Below, in pieces: positions 10,150 to 20,007 of a stretch of 43,883 bases of DNA. The position numbers and the translations under genes are program-made. Numbering within the stretch: position 1 is the stretch's first letter; every line of letters starts with the position of its first letter. Under the pieces are notes generated by a model. The model did no database searches. It had not been told where the DNA came from and was given only the letters and a program-made list of their open reading frames with translations. This DNA comes from Candidatus Calescibacterium sp. (GTDB lineage: Bacteria > Calescibacteriota > Calescibacteriia > Calescibacteriales > Calescibacteriaceae), in NCBI GenBank assembly GCA_032249135.1, contig JAVVGL010000017.1, positions 1 through 43,883 on the forward strand. Direction: 5' to 3'.

Positions 10150-11307
10150 ATGTTGTTTAAATCTACAAAATTTTCACCCAAAATTATATTTTTATATCTG
10201 CTAATCCCGCTCTTACTTTTACCAAATATATCAAAGGGAGGAGAAAAAGTAATTTCTGAAACTGAAAGTCAAAAAGAATATATAAAAATAAGCGTTCAAG
10301 ATGTTGACATCAAAACACTGTTTTTAGCAATATCACAAGTATCTGGGAAAAATATCATTATCGCACCCGATATAGAGAAAAAAGTTTCCTGTAAAATTGA
10401 GGGTGAATTCAAAGATGTTATAAAGGCATTAGAGAAAGCATACGATATAAAAGCAGAGGAAAAAGATGGACTAATTTTAATAACAAAGAAAGCAAGAAAA
10501 ACAAAGTTGGTTCATCTAAAATTTGCTCAAACAAAAAATGTTGTGCAATCTATATCTCAGATAGAAGGCGTAAAAGCATCAAGCACCGAAAACATTATAA
10601 TACTTGAAGGAGATGAGGATAAAATATCTTTAGCGGAAGAGATTGCAAGAGAAATTGATAAACTCCCAAAGCAGATACTTATAGAAGCAAAAATATTTGA
10701 ACTTGGAAAAAAAGCAGCCTCTGAATTGGGAAATATTCTGAAAATAAAATCAGGTAATTTTGAGGGTGGGTTTGATTTTGGAGGGGGTGGTGGATTTTTT
10801 TCAATAAAATCAGATTTGATTGAATATAAACTCTCACTACTTGAACAGAAAGGTGAAGCAAAAATAATCTCTGCTCCAAAAGTAATAACAACAGAAGGAG
10901 AAAAAGCAAAGATACTCCAGGGAGTATCCATACCTTATGAGACATCTACCCAATTTGTAGTTGAAACAAGATTTGTGGATGCTTTGCTCTCTCTTGAAGT
11001 AATACCCTTTATTTTAGAAGATAAAGTCATTATGGAAATAAAAGTTTCAAGAAATTTTCCAACAGCGGAATTCAGATCTTTCAGGGGAGTCCCAGGAATA
11101 TCAAAAAATGAAATGTTCTCAAAAATAGTAGTAAAAAATGGAGAAAGCATAGTTATAGGGGGAATAATAATAGAGACTGAAACAAAAACACAAGATGGAG
11201 TTCCAATTCTATCATCAATCCCTGTTTTAGGATTCCTTTTCAGAAACACAAAAAAATCTTTGGAAAAAAGAGAAATAATAATAACTCTCACACCTTATGT
11301 TATATAA
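10150..11307 (+). CDS. Compact type IV pilus/type II secretion secretin (PilQ/GspD family)
   Basis: N0 (ISVQDVDI...SGKNII), one N3 domain (ID.LPKQILIEAKI), ISAPKVIT, GESIVIGGI, GVPILSSIPVLGFLF, IITLTP. Confidence 0.9.
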   Translation: MLFKSTKFSPKIIFLYLLIPLLLLPNISKGGEKVISETESQKEYIKISVQDVDIKTLFLAISQVSGKNIIIAPDIEKKVSCKIEGEFKDVIKALEKAYDIKAEEKDGLILITKKARKTKLVHLKFAQTKNVVQSISQIEGVKASSTENIIILEGDEDKISLAEEIAREIDKLPKQILIEAKIFELGKKAASELGNILKIKSGNFEGGFDFGGGGGFFSIKSDLIEYKLSLLEQKGEAKIISAPKVITTEGEKAKILQGVSIPYETSTQFVVETRFVDALLSLEVIPFILEDKVIMEIKVSRNFPTAEFRSFRGVPGISKNEMFSKIVVKNGESIVIGGIIIETETKTQDGVPILSSIPVLGFLFRNTKKSLEKREIIITLTPYVI

Positions 11308-11441
11308 GAAAGAAATAAGAAAAACAAAAAAATAAGAAAAAAATAAGAAAAACAGAAAAAAATCAAAGCAAAAACTTAAATAAAGGAATAAAAAAAATTT
11401 TTTTAATAAAACAAAACTTTTAAAGCCGAAAATTTCTTATT

Positions 11442-12122
11442 ATGAAAGACATAGTTTTAGCAGCTCATCAACCTCAATATCTTCCGTATCTTGGATATTT
11501 TCACAAAATGAAGCACGCTGATGTATTTGTTATTCTTGATGATGTCCAATTCAAAAAAAATGAGTGGCAAAACAGGAACAGAGTAAAAGGGAAAGATAAA
11601 AAAGAAATATGGCTTACTGTTCCTGTAATTCATAGATTCGGTCAAGCAATAAATGAAGTGATAATAAGAAATGATATAAAATGGCAAAGAAAACACAAAA
11701 ACACAATAATTACATATTACTCAAAAGCTAAACATTTTTATCTTTTTGATAAATTCAAAATTCTATGGGAAAAAGAATATGAAAAACTCGTTGATGTGAA
11801 TTTAGATTCAATAAAAATAATAATGGAGATATTGAAAATAAAAACGCCTTTATATCTTTCATCAGAATTTAAAATAAAAGAAACAAAAACAAAAAGACTT
11901 GTAGCTTTATGCAAAGAATTCTCAGCAAAATACTACCTTTCAGGAATTGGAGCAAAAAACTACCTTGATATAGAACTTTTCAAAAAAGAAGGAATAGAAG
12001 TTATATGGCAAGATTTTAAACACCCGGTTTATAATCAGCTCTGGGGTGATTTTGTTGAAAACCTTTCTGCAATAGATATAATTTTAAACGAAGGAGAAAA
12101 AGCAGCAGAGATGATTCCATAA
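11442..12122 (+). CDS. WbqC-like family protein
   Basis: HQPQYLPYLGYF, DDVQF...WQNRN, WLTVP, YLSG.GA..Y, NLSAID.I.N.G. Confidence 0.92.
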   Translation: MKDIVLAAHQPQYLPYLGYFHKMKHADVFVILDDVQFKKNEWQNRNRVKGKDKKEIWLTVPVIHRFGQAINEVIIRNDIKWQRKHKNTIITYYSKAKHFYLFDKFKILWEKEYEKLVDVNLDSIKIIMEILKIKTPLYLSSEFKIKETKTKRLVALCKEFSAKYYLSGIGAKNYLDIELFKKEGIEVIWQDFKHPVYNQLWGDFVENLSAIDIILNEGEKAAEMIP

Positions 12123-12161
12123 TTTAATCTCTGGCCTGTCCCATTTGCAATAGCCAAAAAA

Positions 12162-13955
12162 TTACATTCTCAACATTACTCCAAAACTTATTCTTGGCTC
12201 ACCATAAGATGTGAAATTATAAATCACACCAGAATAAAAGTCTCCACACAGCTTTTTTAGGTAATAGTTTAAAAATGAAGAAAGCTGAACAAATCTAAAA
12301 GCTTTGAATTCAGCTAAATAAAACAAAAAAGATGAGTTGAAAGAAAAATCTGAAAAACCCCAGTTAAAAGAAACTGAAGAAAACCCTTCAAAATTGTGTT
12401 GTTCAGGTTGGAAAAAAGAAAAAGCAAATTTATAAGCTGAATTCGTAAGTATGAAAGCTCCACTTAAATTCAAATCAATACCATCAAAACTTAAAGGAAA
12501 ATTTAATGTGTTCTCAATCATAATCTTTTTACCAAAAGAAAAAATCCGAAAATACGGAGAAAAAAAATCAAAATCTAAACTCAAACCAACATCTGATACG
12601 AAATCATTTTTCCAAAGTGAAAAAGAAGAAAAGAAAGAGAAAGGATAAGATATAAATTCAGCTCCAACCTCAGGAACAATATCAACGCCCGGATAATAAA
12701 AAAGCGAATTCAAAGAGAAAAAAGGCTGAAAAAAAGCAAAATCATACACAAAATCATACGAAAAGGAAAGTGAAAGAAAACCGGGAGATAAAAATAGGTT
12801 CTGATAAAGAAAATCAGATAACCTGAAAGTAGAAAAAGGGACAAAAGGCAACACAAAAAAATCTTTGAAAAATCCTTTCTCAAAATAAGGAACCAAGAAT
12901 CTACCAGATAAGGAAAAACGAGAAAAATAAATAGAGCTTCTTAGAAAAGGAGAAAACCCAAAAACATCTGAATTTCCAAAAACTCCACCTACCCCAAAAC
13001 TCAAATTTTTTAAATTTAAATCTCCGCCAAAAAATCCAAAACCAAAAGAAGAAACAGACTCAGAAATATGATTTGAATAGAAAAAAATCTGATTGTAAAA
13101 AGATAAAGACGAGGAATTAGATATTTTCAAATCATCTGAAAAATTCTGGTATGCAGATGAAAAGGGTAATGATGCTGTTTCAACGCTTGCCGGAATAGAA
13201 GATAAAAATCTAAAAGTAAAAATTTTGTAGCTTAACCCGAAAGCTCCCGGAACAAAAAAGTTCAATCTTGAAGAAAAAATGTCCTTGCCAGCAAAATTGT
13301 TTTCTCCATCAAAAAAAACTGATTCACCAGAGTAAGAAAAATTTCCGCCAAAGAGAAAAATTTTTGTCTTTGAAAAAAAGAAAGGATAAAGTGATAAGTC
13401 AAGCGGTCTCAAAACGCTTTCAGAAAAAAAATATGAAAAAGGCACAAAAAACTCAGTCCCCAAAATAACTCCGTGTTTTTGAGAAAGAGAAACTGTCGGA
13501 TTTGAAAACCCCGGTGATTTCCCTTCTAATGTAAATTTTCTCGGCAAAAACAAAGATAAAGGCAAAGATAAAAAGGGTAAATTAAATTTTGGAGAAGAAA
13601 CTCGTATCTTCTCATCGGAGGAATCAAAAAAAATTTCTCCGGCTAAAATAGAATTCGGACATCTCAAAGAACAGAGGGAAACACATAGATTTTGAAAATA
13701 AACTCCGTTTTCTAATCTGAAAAACTCAGACTGAATTCCGATACCTGATATTTCACCACTTATGTTTTGAGCTTCGGCAGATAGAGAGCGAACCTTTACA
13801 TCTAAAATTTCATCTCCAAGATTTATTTTGAAAACTTTCTCAACTTGATATATTGTTGCGGACCTACAAAAAAAACTTACACTATCAAAGTAAATAGTAG
13901 CACTTTCAAAGAAAATCTGAGAGTTTATCACAAGAAAAGCGAAAAATAATAACAT
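12162..13955 (-). CDS. Divergent LptD-like outer-membrane beta-barrel protein
   Basis: Signal peptide; SLC..RCP.SI.A.EI..D...PGF..P.V..S..HG......FVP echoes the LptD jellyroll-to-barrel junction; alternating aromatic strands; C-terminal Y....C and ISFGVML. Extremely F/S-rich. Confidence 0.55.
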   Translation of the reverse strand: MLLFFAFLVINSQIFFESATIYFDSVSFFCRSATIYQVEKVFKINLGDEILDVKVRSLSAEAQNISGEISGIGIQSEFFRLENGVYFQNLCVSLCSLRCPNSILAGEIFFDSSDEKIRVSSPKFNLPFLSLPLSLFLPRKFTLEGKSPGFSNPTVSLSQKHGVILGTEFFVPFSYFFSESVLRPLDLSLYPFFFSKTKIFLFGGNFSYSGESVFFDGENNFAGKDIFSSRLNFFVPGAFGLSYKIFTFRFLSSIPASVETASLPFSSAYQNFSDDLKISNSSSLSFYNQIFFYSNHISESVSSFGFGFFGGDLNLKNLSFGVGGVFGNSDVFGFSPFLRSSIYFSRFSLSGRFLVPYFEKGFFKDFFVLPFVPFSTFRLSDFLYQNLFLSPGFLSLSFSYDFVYDFAFFQPFFSLNSLFYYPGVDIVPEVGAEFISYPFSFFSSFSLWKNDFVSDVGLSLDFDFFSPYFRIFSFGKKIMIENTLNFPLSFDGIDLNLSGAFILTNSAYKFAFSFFQPEQHNFEGFSSVSFNWGFSDFSFNSSFLFYLAEFKAFRFVQLSSFLNYYLKKLCGDFYSGVIYNFTSYGEPRISFGVMLRM

Positions 13956-13984
13956 CTACTTTTTCTGTGGTTCATTCACTGCTA

Positions 13985-14404
13985 CTATTTTTGCTGAACT
14001 GCTATTATTTTTGCTGACGCCACCTCATCCCCATCAACAGAAGCTTTTGCGTCAAAAAACCAAACATTTCCCTTCTTTGTTTCAAAAAAAGCTTCAAGAG
14101 TAAGTTGGGAAGGCGGAACAACTGGCTTTCTGAACCTCGCTTCTTTCACACCAGCAAGATAAAACGGAATTCCTCTTAACTCAGGGAAAGAGACAAGAAC
14201 CAACAAAGCACACGCTTGTGCCATAGCTTCTATTATAAGAACCCCAGGCATAACTGGATTTCCCGGAAAATGATGAGGTACCCAAAACTCATCTTCTTTG
14301 ACTTTTTTGACAGCAACTATGTGCTTACCTTTTTCAATATGAATTATCTCATCTACGAATGTGAAACCTTCACCGTGAGGTAAAATGTCTTTCACTTTCT
14401 CCAT
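13985..14404 (-). CDS. fabZ: 3-hydroxyacyl-ACP dehydratase
   Basis: LPH...F.FVD, HFPGNPVMPGVLIIEAMAQ, ARFRKPV.P. Confidence 0.95.
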   Translation of the reverse strand: MEKVKDILPHGEGFTFVDEIIHIEKGKHIVAVKKVKEDEFWVPHHFPGNPVMPGVLIIEAMAQACALLVLVSFPELRGIPFYLAGVKEARFRKPVVPPSQLTLEAFFETKKGNVWFFDAKASVDGDEVASAKIIAVQQK

Positions 14405-14432
14405 AGCAAAATCAAAATATAACCAAATTCAA

Positions 14433-16040
14433 TCAAATTAGATTTTTAAGCATGTTTCTGAATTTCTCGTTTGTTCTCAGCTCATTTACGAGTTTGTATA
14501 TTTCAGAAGCTTTGGGCATAAGCCCTTTTTTGAAAATAATCCTTTGAGCCATAGCAAATAACTCATACTTTTCTTTTGAATATGGATATCCCCATGGTTT
14601 GTTTTTCAGAGGAATCTGCTCTATATTTATGTGCTGTGGGAAAAGAAACTCTTTGAAACCGTCGTCTGAATGAGACCTACCTATTCCGCTTTCTTTCATA
14701 CCTTGCCATGGAGTTTCAACAAGACCATAGCTCATAGCGTGGTCATTTATAAGGACTGACCCAGCTTCTATCTTCTTCGCAACCCTTTCGCCTCTTTTCA
14801 GGTCGCGCGTCCATACAGATGCAGTAAGTCCATACTTTGTATCATTTGCAAGCTTTATTGCTTCTTCTTCTGTTTCAAAAACCATAATTGGTAAAGTTGG
14901 ACCAAATGTTTCCTCCCTCATACAAAGCATAGAATGATTAACATCAACTAAAACTGTTGGTTCATAAAAATATCCTTTCAGATCTTCTCTTCTAACTCCT
15001 CCTATGAGAACTCTTGCACCCTTTTCAACAGCTTCCATAACATGTTCTTGAACAGTTTTGAGCTGGGATTCATTCACAAGAGGTCCCATATCAACATCGG
15101 GAGATTTTCCATTACCCAACCTTATTTTCTTTGTCTCTTCAACTACAGCATCTATAAAGTCTTTTGCTATTTTTTTGTGGACATATAGCCTTTCAACAGA
15201 GGCACAAACTTGACCTGCGTTTGTGAAAGCTCCCCAAACTGCACCTTTTACGGTCATATCAAAGTCAGCATCATCAAATACAATCATCGGGTCTTTTCCT
15301 CCAAGTTCAGCAACGACCGGGATTATGTTATCAGCACATCTTTTTATTATTCTCTTTCCTACCTCTGTTGAACCTGTGAATATTACTTTTCTTATTGGAG
15401 GAGCACAAAGAACTCTTTCTGCAACTGCTCCACGAGTTATAGTAACTTGGAGAACTCCATCAGGCAATCCAGCTTTATCAAATATTTCTTTTATTTTCAG
15501 ACCTACAAGAGGAGTGTCAGAGGCAGGTTTGAAAACAACAGTATTTCCAGCAAGAAGAGCAAAGACAATTCCAGACATAGGAATAGCAAAAGGATAGTTC
15601 CAAGGAGATATAACAGCTACAACGCCTAATGGTCTTGGTACTATTTTTGATTTCTTTACAAACCTGAAAAGATGTAAAGGTATTTCATATTCCTGAATGA
15701 GTTTTTTCCCTCGCTCTGAATACAAAGCTATAATATCAACTGCAACCATAATATCAGCAGTTATAGCTTCAACAAGAGGTTTTCCCTGCTCTGTTGTAAT
15801 GAGGTCTGCTATTTCATCTATTTCGTCAAGTATAATCTGACCAGCCCGAGATACAATCTCCGCTCTGTCTTCAAAATCAAGCTGCGACCAGTTTTCAAAA
15901 GCTGCTCTTGCCCTCTCTACTTTCTTTGCTACCTCATTTTCATCTTCAAGAGGAACTTTATCTATAATTTCAAGAGTTGCCGGGTTTATATCTATTACAT
16001 AACTTTTTCCGTTTTCCTGTTCTATCTTCAACATTGACAT
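14433..16040 (-). CDS. NAD(P)-dependent aldehyde dehydrogenase
   Basis: ISPWNYP, FTGS, ELGGKDP (catalytic Glu), GQVCAS (catalytic Cys), EETFGP. AGGAGGTG RBS. Confidence 0.95.
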   Translation of the reverse strand: MSMLKIEQENGKSYVIDINPATLEIIDKVPLEDENEVAKKVERARAAFENWSQLDFEDRAEIVSRAGQIILDEIDEIADLITTEQGKPLVEAITADIMVAVDIIALYSERGKKLIQEYEIPLHLFRFVKKSKIVPRPLGVVAVISPWNYPFAIPMSGIVFALLAGNTVVFKPASDTPLVGLKIKEIFDKAGLPDGVLQVTITRGAVAERVLCAPPIRKVIFTGSTEVGKRIIKRCADNIIPVVAELGGKDPMIVFDDADFDMTVKGAVWGAFTNAGQVCASVERLYVHKKIAKDFIDAVVEETKKIRLGNGKSPDVDMGPLVNESQLKTVQEHVMEAVEKGARVLIGGVRREDLKGYFYEPTVLVDVNHSMLCMREETFGPTLPIMVFETEEEAIKLANDTKYGLTASVWTRDLKRGERVAKKIEAGSVLINDHAMSYGLVETPWQGMKESGIGRSHSDDGFKEFLFPQHINIEQIPLKNKPWGYPYSKEKYELFAMAQRIIFKKGLMPKASEIYKLVNELRTNEKFRNMLKNLI

Positions 16041-16157
16041 GTTTTTTCACCTCCTTTGCAAGATAAAAATGTAAGCTTTCAGAAAAATTTCAAAAAATTC
16101 TCAAATTTATGACAAAAACATCACAAAAACAAAAAAAGAGTTTTTAAAATATTGAAT

Positions 16158-17918
16158 ATGACCAGCAAAAACAAAGGTTCAATTATACCAAAAAAAGCGG
16201 TGGCTATTTTCCCATTTCTTTTAGTTTTCTCCCTTGCAATTCTGAATTCGTGTGGAAAAAGCCTTGAAGAAAAGAAACGAGAAGAAGGAAAAACAACTTT
16301 ATCACCAAAAGAAAAACTCTCATTAGCCAAAGATATGCTTGAAATAGGTCAGATTTCAGAAGCAAAAAAACTTTTCATAGAAGCCCGAGAAGGATTCTCA
16401 AAGGACGAATGTAAAGAAAATAAATCTTGCCCTTACTGTGAAGCCCTATGGGGAAAATACCTTTCAGACCTGTTCGGAACTCTTGACCTGCTTTCACAGC
16501 TCCTTTCCTTAGCAGCAGAACAAAGCAGTCAAACCCAACAAGCTCCAAGAATAAAAGAAGCCCAAACTACTCAACAAACCGAAGCAACACAAAAATACCT
16601 TGAAGAACTCAATAACCTCATTGGGCAATCAGTAGAAAATGTTATAGGATTTTTCTTAAAAAAAGTAAATAACATGAGAAGAGATTTGAAAGAGATAATA
16701 GATTTAGGCTGTGAAATGAAAACAAAAGCGGCTTCAAAATTTGAGATATCTACACCAACAATATCTTTGCAAGTATGGATACCACAGAACCCAGAGAAAG
16801 CCCAGTCAATTCCTACATATAAAAAGCCATCAGCGTATCTGAATTACTCACTTTTATCTTTGATAGCAGGAGTTCTTGATATAGCATACTCTCAAAACTA
16901 CAATATAAGCCTAACATATACGCTCGGATTTATAAAAGAGCTCACAAAAGAAAAAGATATTCAAAAAGTTCTCCTTACACTCGGAGATTTCTTTGCCAAT
17001 AACCCAAAAATATTAACACTGGACGCAGAAAGAAAAGACCTTTGGTCAAAATCAGCGGCAGACCTTGCAGATTTCTTTTACAGCTTTGACAACTTTTACA
17101 AAAGCTTCTGCGAAGAAAAGGATTCATCAGAAGCATCAAAAATTATGATAGAAGGTCTGATTTCGGGTTTATTACCCATAAAAATAGACATATGTGCCGT
17201 GCTTTCCCCATCTTCCATATCCCGACTTTTTACAAAATGGGGAGACGGTTTAGCTCAAAAGAGAAAATGCGAGGTTAAAGATGGAAACAAAATAGAAATA
17301 GCTTACGACTTTGATCAAGACGGCTGCATAAGAATTCCAAACGATCTCCAAGTTTTGACAGGACTTGTCGGATTACTTCAAAGTATCCCCCAATTTTCTT
17401 TACCCATAACAGCCATAGCTTTTCATCCTGGAAACTTTTTTGGGAATCCAACGAGTTTGAGAAACTTTTTACCACTTGTTGTGTGGAACGAAAAAGATGG
17501 GGAATTTGCTTTTGCAATAACGAAAGAAGGAGAAAATGAAGATAAAGAGCATTTTTCAGATTCGGATAAAAAAGTTTTTACGCTTGAATACAACGAAAGT
17601 ATTTCAAGATTCGGCTTTCCAACACGCGAAACTGCTGCTACTCCAATTCTAAAAGACTGTGTTCCTGGCGGTCCCCTTTACATAGCTTTCTCTGACCCAA
17701 CATTTAATAATTCTCTGTTTATCACAACTTACCTTGTTTCATTAGTTAGAACCTCAGAGGGTTTCAAACTTGATGATTGTGCTAACTCATGGGAACAAGC
17801 AGAAGGTCTCGCAGATGATACCTACTACAAAATTTTTGATAAGAAAAATCAAAATTACGCTCTGAATAAACTCGTAAATAAAATACTGAGCTTATTTAGT
17901 AGATTTTTACCTAAATAA
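16158..17918 (+). CDS. Large hypothetical lipoprotein
   Basis: Lipobox LNSC after a hydrophobic stretch, TPR-like helical N-terminus, Q/T-rich linker, several Cys. ATG at 16158 preferred over TTG at 16152. Confidence 0.8.
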   Translation: MTSKNKGSIIPKKAVAIFPFLLVFSLAILNSCGKSLEEKKREEGKTTLSPKEKLSLAKDMLEIGQISEAKKLFIEAREGFSKDECKENKSCPYCEALWGKYLSDLFGTLDLLSQLLSLAAEQSSQTQQAPRIKEAQTTQQTEATQKYLEELNNLIGQSVENVIGFFLKKVNNMRRDLKEIIDLGCEMKTKAASKFEISTPTISLQVWIPQNPEKAQSIPTYKKPSAYLNYSLLSLIAGVLDIAYSQNYNISLTYTLGFIKELTKEKDIQKVLLTLGDFFANNPKILTLDAERKDLWSKSAADLADFFYSFDNFYKSFCEEKDSSEASKIMIEGLISGLLPIKIDICAVLSPSSISRLFTKWGDGLAQKRKCEVKDGNKIEIAYDFDQDGCIRIPNDLQVLTGLVGLLQSIPQFSLPITAIAFHPGNFFGNPTSLRNFLPLVVWNEKDGEFAFAITKEGENEDKEHFSDSDKKVFTLEYNESISRFGFPTRETAATPILKDCVPGGPLYIAFSDPTFNNSLFITTYLVSLVRTSEGFKLDDCANSWEQAEGLADDTYYKIFDKKNQNYALNKLVNKILSLFSRFLPK

Positions 17919-17966
17919 TCAATCCCAAAAAATTTCCTCATCTTTTTTTTTAAATCTTTAATTTCA

Positions 17967-18842
17967 CTATTTTGTATTGAGTTTTTCAAGGAGTTGAGGA
18001 ATTAGGGATTCTTTTGCTGGGCTATAAATATGGACTCCTCTGAAAACTTTTGTTTCTTTTATTTTCTCTATAAGAGAGAGAGCAAATTCTATTCCTACTT
18101 TTTCTTTATCTTCTTTTTTTTCGTATTTTGCAAAGTTATTTTCAAGCTCGGGAGGAATGAACAAACCTTTTGCGAATTTTTTTATGTTCTCCAAAGTTTT
18201 TTCAGATGGAACAATAATTACTCCGAGCAAAACAGGAATTTTTCTTTCGGCGACAAAATTTATAAAGTTCTCAATTGAGTTCAGGTCAAAAACGGGTTGA
18301 GTTTGAAAAAATTTTGCTCCCGCTGATATTTTTGATTCTGCGTTATCTTTTATATTCTGATCAAATGGGTTCAAAGCTGCTCCGGGAAAAAACTCACACT
18401 TTGAATTGAGTTCGTTTTCTCTGAAATCTAATCCCAAAGCCAAAGTATTTATAAGTTTCAAAAAACCAGAGACATCAACCTCAAAAACACCTTTGGGTTT
18501 ATCGTCTTTTGGCATATCGCCCCACAAAACTAAAATGTTTCTTACCCCAATTGAATATGCACCTATGAGGTCAGAAGAAATTGCAAGAATGTTTCTATCT
18601 CTACAAGTCATTTGCATTATAGGTTCTACTCCGTTTTTTATGGCGTAAAGAGACGCAACAACTGGGGTCATTCTGACAGAAAGCATAGGATTATCCGTAA
18701 GATTCACAGCATCTACCTTTCCAGCTACACTTTTCAGTCTTTCTTCAAAAGATGTAATATCCGGACCGCGAGGCGGAGAAATCTCACAAGTTATAAGAAA
18801 ATCTTTCTTGCCTTGCTCTATTTTCTCTCTGAAAGTTGGCAT
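17967..18842 (-). CDS. metF: Methylenetetrahydrofolate reductase family protein
   Basis: ITCEISPP, DAVNLTDNP, MQMTCRDRN, GD, GAKFFQTQPVFD, GVHI. Confidence 0.85.
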   Translation of the reverse strand: MPTFREKIEQGKKDFLITCEISPPRGPDITSFEERLKSVAGKVDAVNLTDNPMLSVRMTPVVASLYAIKNGVEPIMQMTCRDRNILAISSDLIGAYSIGVRNILVLWGDMPKDDKPKGVFEVDVSGFLKLINTLALGLDFRENELNSKCEFFPGAALNPFDQNIKDNAESKISAGAKFFQTQPVFDLNSIENFINFVAERKIPVLLGVIIVPSEKTLENIKKFAKGLFIPPELENNFAKYEKKEDKEKVGIEFALSLIEKIKETKVFRGVHIYSPAKESLIPQLLEKLNTK

Positions 18843-18852
18843 TTTATAAAAA

Positions 18853-19869
18853 TTAGATTTTTCTTCCTACAACGGGAGCTATTTTTTTGAGGTTTTGCAT
18901 CATTTCGGAAAACATTTCCAAAGTTAGAGATTGGGCACCGTCTGAAAGAGCCTTATCTGGTTCTGGATGAACTTCTATGAGAAGTCCGTCAGCCCCGGCT
19001 GCAAGAGCAGCATAAGCCATAGGTGGAACATAGTTTCTTTTACCTGTGGCATGCGATGGGTCTATGACAATTGGTAAGTGAGTTTTTTCCCTCAAAACAG
19101 GAATAGCCGACAAATCTAATGTGTTTCTTGTTGCAGTCTCAAAAGTTCTTATTCCTCTTTCACATAAAATAACATTTGGGTTGCCGCCTGAGAGAATGTA
19201 TTCAGCAGCAAGAAGCCACTCTTCAATTGTCATATACATTCCTCTTTTAAGTAAAACCGGTTTTCTTGTGTTACCAACTTCTCTCAAAAGCGGGAAGTTT
19301 TGCGCATTTCTTGTTCCTATTTGAAGTATATCACTATATTCAGAGACAATTTCAACATCTCTTGGGTCAAGAACTTCTGTGATAACAAGCATGCCAAATT
19401 TATCAGCGGCTTTTCTCAAAAGTTTCAAGCCTTCTTCTCCGAGTCCCTGGAAAGAATAAGGAGAGGTTCTGGGTTTAAAAGCTCCGCCTCGCAGAATTTT
19501 AGCACCGGCTTTTTTTACAGCTTCTGCCGTCTTCATAACCTGTTCCTCATTTTCAACAGAACAAGGACCAGCCATAACTACAAATTCTTCCCCGCCAATT
19601 ACAACATCTCCAAGTTTGACCTTTGTACCTTTTGGGTTAGCCTCCTTTGCAGCTAACCTATAAGGATACATCACCTGTAGAACTTTTTCTACCCCGTATA
19701 AAGATTCTAATGTTTCTTTTAATCCCTCTCTTCTTTCTTCACCTACACATGCTATAACTTTGAGAAATTCTCCTTGCAAAACTTTCGGTTCAAGACCTAA
19801 TTCCTTTACTTTTTTTACTACGGCTTCAAGCTGTTCATCTGTTATATCTGGCTTTAAAACTACAATCAT
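18853..19869 (-). CDS. aroF: DAHP synthase type I-beta with N-terminal regulatory domain
   Basis: [49 protein letters not shown]. Confidence 0.96.
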   Translation of the reverse strand: MIVVLKPDITDEQLEAVVKKVKELGLEPKVLQGEFLKVIACVGEERREGLKETLESLYGVEKVLQVMYPYRLAAKEANPKGTKVKLGDVVIGGEEFVVMAGPCSVENEEQVMKTAEAVKKAGAKILRGGAFKPRTSPYSFQGLGEEGLKLLRKAADKFGMLVITEVLDPRDVEIVSEYSDILQIGTRNAQNFPLLREVGNTRKPVLLKRGMYMTIEEWLLAAEYILSGGNPNVILCERGIRTFETATRNTLDLSAIPVLREKTHLPIVIDPSHATGKRNYVPPMAYAALAAGADGLLIEVHPEPDKALSDGAQSLTLEMFSEMMQNLKKIAPVVGRKI

Positions 19870-20007
19870 AAAAACTATATGTAATTTGGAAGATGAAAAA
19901 TTTTATCTTTTTCAGTTTATTATCCTTCAAAAAAATCACTAACTCTTTTAAAAGAAAACAAAGAATAAGAAAAAAGAAAAAGGTTGATTAAAATAAAAAG
20001 GCATAAG

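Noticed and set aside
11308-11441. Repeated AAATAAGAAAA-like units in an intergenic region, considered as a CRISPR array or VNTR
   Set aside because: Low-complexity A-rich tract with irregular units and no unique spacers; no cas genes in the window.
12123-12161. TGGC...TTGCA as a sigma54 promoter or a terminator
   Set aside because: GG-to-GC spacing is 12, not 10, and it lies between convergent genes. The possible stem is too weak to call a terminator. I found no convincing -24/-12 site in the intergenic regions I checked.
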